From the NCBI GenBank assembly GCA_030141605.1, contig JAQGDQ010000627.1, positions 1-64,000 of the forward strand: DNA of 64,000 bases, in the 5' to 3' direction. Made by a program: the position numbers and the translations under genes. Position 1 is the first letter of the stretch; each line of letters starts with the position of its first letter. The DNA is from Tubiluchus corallicola (Eukaryota; Animalia; Priapulida). The notes under the pieces were generated by a model. It saw only the letters and a program-made list of their open reading frames with translations, did not search any database and was not told where the DNA came from. Below are positions 1-12,700 of the stretch, one piece after another.

Positions 1-64
1 GTAATTACATTTACTGTCAGTATTATTTATACAACATGTAAAATGGTTTATGCTATGTTGAACT

Positions 65-544
65 ATATGTGTGCTTGGATAGCAAAACTGTCCATAAGTC
101 GGAAATTAAGCTTTTCTAGTTATTCACATATCCTGAATCTCCATTTTGCAATGATCATTTTGATACCAAACTTATTGCTCTATGTTATTTCTAAACTGAG
201 ATAATCCACATTGAAGTTAAGGTGCAGGCTACACAGTGAAAATGTAACCTTGAAAAAATCGCTGTTATAGTTAGCCATTGTTTTTTGAAGCGTTTCTATA
301 AAACACTTAGCAACCACACAAATGTTGGTTCCTACGGACTTTGCAAGGACACATTGAAGTTATGTTTAAATCCAGTAAATGGCTCTTCCTGACGAAGATT
401 TGGGCTTGGCAATAGAAAAAAAACGAAGCAAAGTGACTACTCCAACGAACTACTATCGAAATTTGAAAATACAAATTTTTTACAATTGCAGTACTAGTTT
501 TTAGGCACATAAGTAGGTACGCGAATATAAAATTAGATTTTTAG

Positions 545-581
<37 letters not shown>

Positions 582-711
582 AAGTCCAATATATTTAGCA
601 TTTGTTTTTATAAAAAAACTGACATTTGAACAAATTTTTGGTGCATTCTATTTTGAAGCATCGTAACGTAGTTTTGGCTATGCCGACGGTTTTGGTTTGC
701 AAGCATACATA
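65..711 (-). mobile_element. Non-autonomous DNA transposon/MITE family 1, copy A (inverted relative to copies B and C)
   Basis: Reverse-complement similarity to 3024-3690 along its length; termini ATATGTGTGCTTG...CAAGCATACATA; internal (TA)n at ~551-578. Confidence 0.8.
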
Positions 712-797
712 CAAGTGTTTTATACAAAAGTTTTTATTCCACTCATTTATTCTTTTGCATGATTTTTCCTACTTTTATTCATTACATTTCATTGTAG

Positions 798-3700
798 GTC
801 TTTCCGAGTTGGACTCACAATATCTTTTGATTACTGGTGGAACTTGTATGGATTGGAATATGTAAGCATTGTGATGCAACATTTAAATTAAACATATTTC
901 GCCTCATGTAAAAGTTCAAAAGTTGAAATTCAAAGCTGATAATCAAACGTTTACAGACGTATAAAAATTTTCGATCTTGATACACACAAAAATCAACAAT
1001 AGCTAGTTTGTGTATTTCATGAGAAATAAAAGTATGTAGCTTATTTAAGTTTTATTTTATTTTTGTATAAATATCATTTGTACATTCCTCAAGTGCAGAA
1101 ATGTTGATCATAAAATACTATTGATAGGACACAAATGAATATGCTGATGCCATTAAAGCTTGCCACAAAAGGGCTGCTGACAACATCCTCCGAGGTTGCT
1201 TGCAAAACGGCGGTTTATACATTAAACTAGGGCAGGGCTTAGTATCAATGAATCACATACTACCAAAAGAATACACTGACACACTTAGCGCTTTACAAGA
1301 CAAGGCACTTATCCGGAAAACTCATGAGGTAACAGAGTCAGCTTACAAGTTCTGTGTTCTAGTAACTGCTATGTGTTAGTATCTTATGATTTTGTATACA
1401 ATGTTTTTCAGTTTTTTGCTGGGTTGCAATAAGTTATGAATCATCATGGTTTTCGTGGAATAGATTTAGAATGTCTTAGATGGTAATAGGTGATTTAGCA
1501 ATAATAGTAGATTATAAGTAATAATAAATCTTAGGTGATTTAGGTCTTTGCAATTTAAAACACGTGCTACTCCTAACGTATACACGATATAGTTTATGAC
1601 AAAATTAGAACGTGTGAGATTGTATTATGCATAGGATTTGTATTTAATTTGTGTTTAAAGTTAATATGTAAGTTTTTGCAAATGATCATTTGCTAAAAAC
1701 ATCTTGAGGATGTTTTTCTAAATCATGGTTAACTTTCTTTTAAGTCTGTTGATGCTTGTATCCTTTTATACTTATAATAATTAACCCGCTGTCACGAATA
1801 AGGTCGTCATAAGAAACCTAATTAAATCAAAACAGACATGAAGTTTTTGACCATTTTTTGTAGTTTTAGCTTTCCCTGGTCTGTAATGTCTCATGCTTTT
1901 TCTAATTAAAAGGGAACTGACGTGTTATTTTCTTAAAAGCTACCACTTTCTGACTATTTCAATTACAAATTTCAGTTTCAACTTCAAAAAATTTATAAGA
2001 CTTTTTAAAGTTTAAACATAATACTAGTATTGACAATATATTGATGTATATAGATATGTATTATGCACAGGCAGTTCAAGAATAGAGATGGGTTAGAGTC
2101 TAATTTTATTTCATACATTTCCAAGCCTGATAGGTATTAAATAGTACGGCATGATGCTTGCTATATTTGACAAAAGTAAACTGGTTATCATTAATGTCAA
2201 TCAATGTAGGAGAATTGTATTTTTGCAATTTTACACCACTTGGTAACATTTTTAGATTAGCTTTCTGCTCTGACACAGCCTAGGGCATTCGGTTTTGTAA
2301 ATTATGGTGAGTCTCGATACATAGACAGCAGGATAATAAAGTAAAACTTTGACGGATGTAGTGCAAAATTTAACTATTGTACAAATAATTAATCATTTTA
2401 TAATTATTATGGACTGATTTTCTTGCTGTAGGTGGAGCAGTTGTTTTTAGAGGATTTTGGAAAATTGCCTTCTGAAGTGTTTCATAAGTTTGAAGATGAA
2501 GCCATAGCTGCTGCAAGCTTAGCACAAGTTCACATTGGAGAGTTAGAAGATGGGCAGAAAGTTGCAGTTAAGGTTATTATTTTATTTTTGTTACCTGAAA
2601 ATCCCGTGTTCATCGTTTCATCACTGCAAAAGTAATTTTTGTTACTTTGAAGGTTATAATAACAAAGCTATTAAACGAATAAGCAAAGCAGAACTGAAAT
2701 CTCGTTTTAGCACAGCAGACCAAAATTTTGGGCATTTTAATACTTTCTGGATAATCATTGGGCATTTTGACACTTTCTTTTTTGATTATTAAATATTGGA
2801 TGTGAATCAATTGGAATTTTCTTTCTGGTCAGCTGTTGTGCAAAACATCCTGCTTTGGCCTAAGCTGGTCAAACCAGAAGCCTTTTAGGGAATATTTGTT
2901 GCCCCGCAAAAAAGTCTGTTTCTCCCAGAATTACTAATTGCAATCGAATCCTATATTCTCATTGCTGAAATACTAGAATCAGCTACTGTTCCAACCTAAA
3001 TTTTATCGGGTTAGTTGTTTTGCATATGTGTGCTTGCAAACCAAAACCGTCCATAAGTCGGCATAATTGAAACTACATTATGATGCTAAAAAGTAGAAAG
3101 CACCAAAAATTTGGTCAAATGTCGATTTTTTTACTTTTATGAAAGCAAATGCTAAATATATTGGACTTTTATATTCTAGCATCAAATTATCAGAAAAATG
3201 TCTAAAAAATACTAAAATCTAATTTTATAACTCCTTACCCTCTTTTCCATCTAGAAGCTAGTGCTGCATTTGTAAAAGACTCGTATTTTCTAACTCCAGT
3301 TGTAGCGAGTGGAAGCAGCCATTTTGCTTCGGGGTTTTTCTGTTGACAAGACCAGATCTTCATGAAGAAAAGTCATCTACTGGATTTAAACGTAACTTCA
3401 ATTTACTCTTGTAAAGTCCATAGCAAGCACACTCGTACGGTTGCTAAGTGTTTTGTAGAGACGCGAGAAAAAACATTGGCTAACTTTAACAGCGTTTTTC
3501 TCAAGATTACATTCTTCAGTGCGTAGCCTGCACCTCAATTTCAATGTGGATTGTCTCAGCTTAGAAATAACATAGAGCGATGAGCTTGGTATCAAAATGT
3601 TCCTCACAAGATGGAGATCCAGGATATATGAATAACTAGAAAAGCTTAATTGCCGACTTGTGGACGATTTTGTTATGCAAGCACACATATAATTTGCAAA

Positions 3701-6700
3701 AATCTAAACAAAAATATTTTGTAAGAAATAGAAAAATGTGGTTTTAGTGGAAGGTTTAATGGTATTAATTGGTGTTGAAATAAAGAATATTCAACGTAAA
3801 AACCAGTTTAGAAATTTGAACACCAGGTGGTAGCTGATTGTGTAGTTTTTATAGCTACTCTGAATAACGTACATGTTTTATTACTTTTAACAGGTGCAGT
3901 ACATAGACTTAAGAGATAGATTTTCTGGTGATATAAGAACATGTGAGATTTTGTTAGACATCATTGCATGGATGCATCCCACGTTTACTTTCAAATGGGC
4001 ACTACAGGTAAAGTACTTAAATATAAAGGGTGAAGCTTAAAGGGCTCGAAAGCTATGCCCCTCTCTTCTCCCCACAATATTCGTTGCTTTTTTGAAACGA
4101 AATGACTTCATGTGATGTGCTGTTTTTTGAAAATAAAGTTATCTAAATCTAACATCTAAATCTAAATGGAAATGTGAACTAAATTAAATGAGACGAAGAA
4201 GGAAGGTGGGTGAGACTTGTTTTTTTATACGAACAAGGCCTTTTAAGCCACTTGATAGTCTCATTGACTGTGCAAAGAACATGGATAATAGTCTGTAGTT
4301 TGTAAATTTACATTATATTGAACCAAAAATTGTTGCTTAACAAATTGCACTTCAATGCTATTTCAGTCATGCTGTGGCTTTTGTTATTGTCATATTGTAG
4401 TCTATGCTTACAGAAATACAAAAAAGCAGTGAGAAATTGTAAAGGTTATACTTTGATCTACAAATGGAATTTTTTAACCAGCTGTATTCTAAATATGTTA
4501 AACATTTCTAATTTTACACCTAACTTCCTCACCGTGATTGTACAGCAACAATATTAGTGAGCATCTAACAGTAGAAGTCAAATTTAAAGGTTTAGCCTAA
4601 GAGGCACAATTTGTGACTGTGAAAGAATAGATGCTTAAAAGTCACAATCTCCCACTTAATTTATTAAATTTGACTTCCCTTGTTATGCTCATTACTATTG
4701 CTGGTGTACTGTTACTTAGATTTCATAGGGAAATGAAAATTAGAACTTTTTCATGTTATACTTTTTTATAGAATGTGTCCAGGATCCAGGTAATATTTTA
4801 ATGTGGCGAGTCTTAATTCCACAATACAAAATGTTTCCTGCTGACATTTTTCAGGATCTAAAGGGTAATTTAGCAAACGAGTTAGACTTTGAGGAAGAAG
4901 GCAAAAATGCTGAAAGGTGCAAAAGAGAGTTGTCCGACCTGAAATATATTTACGTTCCAAGCGTTATTTGGGAAAAATGCAGTAAGGTAAGCTTATTTTT
5001 CAAATTCTTTGACTTTTCAAGCTGTGTTTCACTTTGTGATGTAATTGATGTTGTGTATAAATCCTGAATGCTAGACAGTGTTCTGAAGATTGCTCTGCAA
5101 TTTCCTGCCTAGGAGATTTGAAAAACACTTTTTTCCAGTAGAGTTTTTGCATTGTGATAAGGTTAGGTGAATTTCTTGAATGGCTTTACAAGCCTTTACC
5201 ACATGAATGTGTTTTCTCAGAACTTTTTTGTAATGGTATTTTATGTCTGCTTTTGCAGCGTGTTTTGACGATGGAATACATTGAGGGCTGTAAAGTTGAT
5301 GATGGGGAAGGAATTGTTAAACAAGGAATTTCTCTGAAAGATGTAAGAACGTGCTTTGGCTTTTCTGATTATTAGTGAAAATTTGCATACAATATTAAAA
5401 TGGTTTCTATGCGGTCCTGCAATTATCCGTTAAAATAATTATCCGTTTTTTTCTTTTTAATTCTTATATTTTAACACCATTGCGGTTGTTACATATAAAA
5501 GAACATTTGCAATGCTTGTTTATGAGGAAAACAATGTGTTTAAGAAGTTAGTAATGCGTAAAGGGAAAGAAAGGGCAAATTGAAAGTATGTCCCAAAAAA
5601 ACTTTCCACACAAAGTTATATTACTTAGCATTATGCTTACCTGTTTGAAATACTTGCATAATTAGAAAAGAGAATTCTTGATAAATTTAAATATTTGTTT
5701 CAATTGATAAAATGTCACTGAATCATCTTTCCAATGTGCACCACATTAAAAAACATGTTTTTAATCTTATTGACAACCTATGGTATATTATACTTTTGCT
5801 AAGTTAGCAAATAGTGTGCTATGAATGCTCTGATTATTTTCCGAAGTTTACGAAATGTTATCTAAACTGGTTTCAAATGACCTACCATAAAATGCCTGCG
5901 CCTAAAGTTCATCTCTGTAAATTTAAATTTACAAACTTTATACAATGTTACTATTAACATAAGCTTTCTATGCAATAAGGCAGCACGTAAGTGATATAAA
6001 ACTTCTAGATGTTTTTTAGCTTTATGTAAGTAAAGGGTTTTCGTTGCTTTAAATATATGCACTGCATTACACCATGTGCTTAACTGTTTCTTCGATGTTT
6101 ATTTTAAGTGTTTTTATTTTTAGGTTGATGAAAAGTTGATAAAGGTATTTGCTGAGCAGATTTTTCATACTGGATTTGTACATGCTGACCCACACCCAGG
6201 AAATGGTAAAAATCTTTTTTATAAATCAATGAGCAGGTAGACTAGACAAACTTTTTTCGTTACTGAAAAACGTGTCAGTTTTTGAAAAAAAATTCTTAGA
6301 AGTGAATTATGAAACTCTTTATTGTGATTGTTTTGCAGCTAAAGTTGATACTTTGACTCCAACTTTTTTCACCAATTTTTTTGCACACTTTCTCTTTCTG
6401 TTTTTGTTTTACTAGTAAGTCCACAAACATGCTCCCTCATACTTCTTTAATGCTAGAAGAAAACAATAGAGATGCCTTTGTGTAGTTTTTCATAATGCTT
6501 CACAAATTATCTGTCTGTTTTTCATAAACTTATTTGTGCGCTTACATTTTCCCAACAAAACTGTTTTTAACATACAATTCATGTAAAATTAAACAAGAAA
6601 GCAACTTTATTTTTTCTGAAAATGTAATTATACGTTTTTAAAAATCTCGTGAGATAAATAATGTAATTTTTTTGTTCATATTTAGTGGCTATTAGGACAT

Positions 6701-9700
6701 TGCGTGTGTGTTAGTTAGCATAATTACATCTATCAATTATGGAATTGCAAAGGGAATTACAACAGTTATAAAAATGGTTGTAGCTAATCTATGATTTATT
6801 GAATTTTTCTTTCAGCTTAGTATTAGGTTAAAATGATTGCAAGATCTTTTGTTGTCAGTATGTTGTGATTTTCAAATTAAATTGCCGTCGTTGCAAGATT
6901 TTTCCTGATATAATGACTGTGAAAGTGTGAATACGTATAACTGAAGTTCATAAGCTTCAATTTCAAGTGTTATTGGAAATGCAAAGGTGCATAAATTTGC
7001 AATAATTTTTTTCCACGTAACAGATAACAATTTCTACGTTTCAGTTTTAGTAAGAAAAGGCAATGACGGTAAGGCTCAGTTGGTGCTCCTTGATCATGGA
7101 CTTTATGACTACTTAAAACCTGAAAACAGAAAGTCATTAAGCAGGTTATGGAAATCCATTGTCCTGAATGATCACAATTTAATGAAGAAGTATGCTGGTG
7201 AACTTGGAGTAGAAGGTACTGTGTATTCTTACAACTGTGATTTACAATAGAAGACCCTTCACAGCTCATACATTTACCTGGTTTAGCTAAAACTTTGTCA
7301 AGTTTTGTGCCTGACTGCAGGTTATAAATACTGTCATCAATTTCTGGGTTTAATTTCTGGACCAAATTCACACATTGGACGACATGTATAACCTTTAGAA
7401 AAATCTATGAATTAACTGTTCGTTTTTAAGTTTTGATTATTCAAATTAATTCTACACAAACTTTAGTAGTTGTACAAATAAAAACGTATCGTACGTATTG
7501 CTAACACCATCCTCACAATTAGTCAATTAAAAAACCTAGGTAAAAGCCTAGTAAAATATTAAGATTTTAAATGTACATACTGTTGATTTAAATGTACGTT
7601 TGTATTTACATGATCTAAATCCAAAATTTATTGCCTGAAATATCTGCTAATGCATTTCATAAGTAGTACACATGTTTGCTGTTACTGTGGTATGGCTACG
7701 TTGATTAGTATGATAAGAAAACATGTTTACAAATTATGACTGGGAGTTTAAGTGTAATATTTTGTTTCTTCTTTTTTATTTTCACATTGTGGTTAACCAT
7801 TTTCTGGACTTTATATCTTTTCAATGCAAAATATTACTCGCTTGAAGTGCCTCAAACTTCTGTTTGTAATTCATTGGTTTATCAAGTTTTTAGCAAGTAG
7901 CATGTTTGGTTTAATGATGATTTCAGAATACTACATGTTCAGCTGCTTACTAGCACACCGTCGTCTTCCCTTTCCGCCGGAGGGCCACAAGTTTCTCCGC
8001 AGGAATCGGGAAGAATACAAAATTATGAGTAAAGCAGACAGGCGAAAGTTGCGGGATGTGGCACTAGAAACTTTCATGCAAGTTCTAAAAGATATGCCCT
8101 CTCCTTTACTACTTATTCTTAGGTATTCTTCACTGGAAATTAATATAGCTATTCTCTGCACAATTGGCAATATTGTATTTCTATTTAAGGTGGAAAGATT
8201 TCTTACTCTTCTTTCCTTAACACTGTCACATTATACCACTAACGGTCTGACCACTTTGTTCGCACTGCAGATAGCCAAGTCCATTTCAGACCAGGTTTGT
8301 GTACAATTCTGCACTCGCAGACTATGTGCATGCACAAAGTCTGTGACAAAGTGACCGAGCTTGCTCTGTAAAATGCAGAAAAGATCAGAAACTGTGCGGC
8401 CCAATGACCAGTCTGTTCCAGTATCTTTTGCTTTCCGGCAAATCACATCAATTTAAAATGTACGACGTTTAATGTGCCATATGTGCATGAATCTGCCACG
8501 TTCATTGTGCATGGCAAAAAAGCATTTTATTTGATTGGCAAGAATGTCGTAAGCACTAGCTTCCAGGACCGGAGACTGGTTTGTGTGTGGAATTCTGTCC
8601 AGAGCAAAGCTGTACCGAGTTTACCCGTTAAAGATGACGAAAAACATTGCTAGTGCAAATCAGACATGAGTCCAATACAGTCCTGGATTGCCTGTTTTGA
8701 AACTGCATTGCGAGAGTTTTGTATTTTATGAAAACTCATTCGACGGAAGTCTGACCATTTTCAGATTATTTCATATTTTCTGAGATGCTGATGCAAAGAC
8801 CATTACATCGCAAAACGGTTTACTTGCCAAATAAGCTCACTGAGAAGGATGTGCAATACATGCGTAAGATGGCAAGCCAACATATGGACCAAATTATGGT
8901 TAGCTTGAAATCGATGCCTCGATCTATGCTACTTGTATTCAGGTAGCCAAGCATTTTGTTCGAATTCCTGTTTTTTTTTGTTAAAATTTTTGCTAAAACA
9001 TTTGCTTTAGAGATTTTGCTTATTCTGCCACAGTTTTTTATAGGCCAGTAGCACAAGATGACTGAATGCAGTTTCAAAATGGGTTTGTTACTTTTTTAAC
9101 TATTTGTTGTGAATCAGTTTGAAAAGAGACTAGATTTGGAGCATTGTTTTGTTAAAAAACATAAAATTATGTCAAGTTTGTTATGATTTCTTGAACACAA
9201 GTTAATAACTATAATCACACTTAGTCTCTTTTCTACATGTGCCAAGAAATTTACCTTTTTTATATTTCTCTTCGCATTTGCATGACTAAATCAACCATTT
9301 TTTTTAAATTCTTTTCTTTTCGCTTGTTTTGTTTTTAGACTTTGGTGACAGTTTGCTCAGGCTTGTTCTTAGATTTAGATTTATTTCTAAGATGTTCATT
9401 CTAAAATTAAAACTAAAAGCCACACAACACCTGTGGATGTTTATTTCACAATTTAAATTATTAAAGTTATTTTCGCTTAGTTGTCAACTTAATGCAGTGC
9501 ATTAAGCAAGTGACACTGTGTTTGAATACAGCAGTGCAGATGTGACTACAGTCACGTGTTATTACACTTTTTGCATAGTATTTTGTGTTAGTTTATGGTG
9601 GTTTTTTAGGAATATCAATACTGTAAGAGCTATCACACGTGAACATGGTAACCCTGTTGATCGATATGTCGTAATGGCAAAAGTGTAAGTAATCTTTTTA

Positions 9701-12700
9701 AAAGTTTTGCTTTCTATTGGGTGAAGTACATAAAAAATGTTACGTGTTATGTAGCTAGCTAATATAAAACTATTGGTTTTAACAATAGTTTAACATTGCT
9801 AAGAATAGCCCTATATCTAAAAATTATTCGAGAAAACTTAGTAACACATATTATAATCTTATGTTGACAGTTTCAGTATTCAAATACATGGAAGAGCCAG
9901 CCGCTAAGAATTAACATGTTGTTTATTAGCGCAGATTATCGTTTCAACAACAACTGTCATTTTCGATGCTATAAATCAAGGCAAAACAAATAATTAGTAC
10001 AATAATGATAATAGTAATAATCGTAGTAATAAAAAATGTGCTAATTATTTGTTTTGACTTGATTTATAGCATCGAAAATGACAGTTGTTGTCGAAACGAT
10101 TGTCTGCACTAATAAACAACATGTTAGTTTCTACATTGTTGTGCAATAGTGCTAGGCCTAAACTTAACTCTAAAAAATGATGTCAAGTCCATTTTACCTT
10201 AATCATTTTTAGCAGTTTTGTCAAAGTGCCTGTAAGCAGCTTATCATTGATAAATTATCAAATGTTTCCCAGTCACAGGAGCAAATACTATAATTACAAG
10301 GACAGTAGCTGCCACAGTTATTCCCATCAATTAAGTCCTTGTACTTTTGCTAGTGCAATTTGTTTGCAGAATTAATTTTTACATCAAATTAAAATTTTGA
10401 AAAAGTAGGTCAAATCTTTTGGCTGCCAGTTATATTGTATATAAGGTTTTTGTTTGTATTGTTTATACTCAGTATTCTTAGATGCCTTTCGTCAAATGTA
10501 TCTATGAAAAGCAAAGTGGCAATAAACTATATTACACAAGAGGTTTCCTTATTTTGCACAAATTGCTGTAGGAAAGCAGTATAAGTAATGTGCAGTAGCC
10601 CGTATGTTTTTGCGTGTTTTGTCATGTATGGGTCTCCCAGCTCACATCAGTATGTAAACTATGTAAAATGTTTCCAAATTGTAAATTTGTGATGTGGGTT
10701 AAACGAAAAAAATAAAAGTTGTAGCAGGTTGTTATTTAGCCTTGGTGTAGTTGTAGCATAATTACTTCAGTATATCTGACCCACTATGTACAGAATTAGC
10801 GTCATGTTTCTCTGAAGTCATTGAGAAATTCAAGAAACTAGCCGACTTCATTGTAAATGTTGCACTGCAATGAAAAAGTTCTGTTTTTTATGGATTAGGG
10901 GATGTCACAACGTCTGTGATTTATTACTAACAGAAATTGTTAAAATTTTATTATCATAAATACAAAAAAATTACTTTATATATTAGTGGGACTATACTTT
11001 TTAAAAATTTTGGCAGTTTATAGAACTTAGTAAAAGAAGGTATTAAGTGTTTTTCATTATTTACTGTATGTGTTCGGTTAGTTCTTTGCTGTACACATAC
11101 ATTATTTTTCTTTACATTTTCACAGGGCTGTGAGAGGAAAATTTGGCAGGAAAAATTTGTCATTTTGCCAGCGATTGTTGACCATTTGGGAAAGTTTGAA
11201 GTTTGAGTATAAACTCAGGTATGTGACATAATTTTAGCATGTAATTTTATTTTTAGCACGTGAATGATTACTGCTGACACATAAGTTTAGCATGTGATTT
11301 TGGCACGTGAATGATTACTACTGATACATAATTTAAGCATGTGATTTTAGCACGTGGATGATTACTGCTGACACATAAGTTTAGCATGCGATTTTGGCAC
11401 GTGAATGATTACTGCTGACACATAAGTTTAGCATGTGATTTTGGCACGTGAATGATTACTGCTGAAACATAAGTTTAGCATGTGATTTTGGCACGTGAAT
11501 GATTACTGCTGACACATAAGTTTAGCCTGTGATTTTGGCACGTGAATGATTGCTGCTGACACATAAGTTTAGCATGTGATTTTGCACGTAAATGATTACT
11601 GCTGAAACATAAGTTTAGCATGTGATTTTGGCACTTGAATGATTACTGCTGACACATAAGTTTAGCATGTGATTTTAGCACGTGAATGATTACTTCTGAC
11701 ACATAAGTTTAGCATGTGATTTTGGCACGTGAATGATTACTGCTGACACATAAGTTTAGCATGTGATTTTGGCACGTGAATGATTACTGCTGAAACATAA
11801 GTTTAGCATGTGATTTTGGCACGTGAATGATTACTGCTGAAACATAATTTTAGCTTGTGATTTTGGCACGTGAATGATTACTTCTGACACATAATTTAAG
11901 CATGTGATTTTAGCACGTGGATGATTACTGCTGACACATAAGTTTAGCTTGTGATTTTGGCACGTGAATGATTACTGCTGACACAAGTTTAGCATGTGAT
12001 TTTGGCACGTGAATGATTACTGCTGACACATAAGTTTAGCATGTGATTTTGGCACGTGAATGATTACTTCTGACACATAAGTTTAGCATGTGATTTTGGC
12101 ACGTGAATGATTACTGTTGAAACATAAGTTTAGCATGTGATTTTGGCACGTGAATGATTACTGCTGACACATAAGTTTAGCATGTGATTTTGGCACGTGA
12201 ATGATTACTGCTGAAACATAAGTTTAGCATGTGATTTTAGCACATAAATGATTACTGCTGAAACATAATTTTAGCTTGTGATTTTGGCACGTGAATGATT
12301 ACTTCTGACACATAATTTAAGCATGTGATTTTAGCACATGGATGATTACTGCTGACACATAAGTTTAGCATGTGATTTTGGCACGTGAATGATTACTGCT
12401 GACACAAGTTTAGCATGTGATTTTGGCACGTGAATGATTACTGCTGACACATAAGTTTAGCATGTGATTTTGGCACGTGAATGATTACTGCTGAAACATA
12501 AGTTTATCATGTGATTTTAGCACGTGAATGATTACTTCTGACACATAAGTTTAGCATGTGATTTTGGCACGTGAATGATTACTGCTGACACATAAGTTTA
12601 GCATGTGATTTTGGCACGTGAATGATTACTGCTGACACATAAGTTTAGCATGTGATTTTGGCACGTGAATGATTACTGCTGAAACATAAGTTTAGCATGT

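Noticed and set aside
7824-8354. 176-aa ORF as an independent gene
   Set aside because: Only 7927-8122 is protein-like and bounded by splice sites; the flanks are intron read-through
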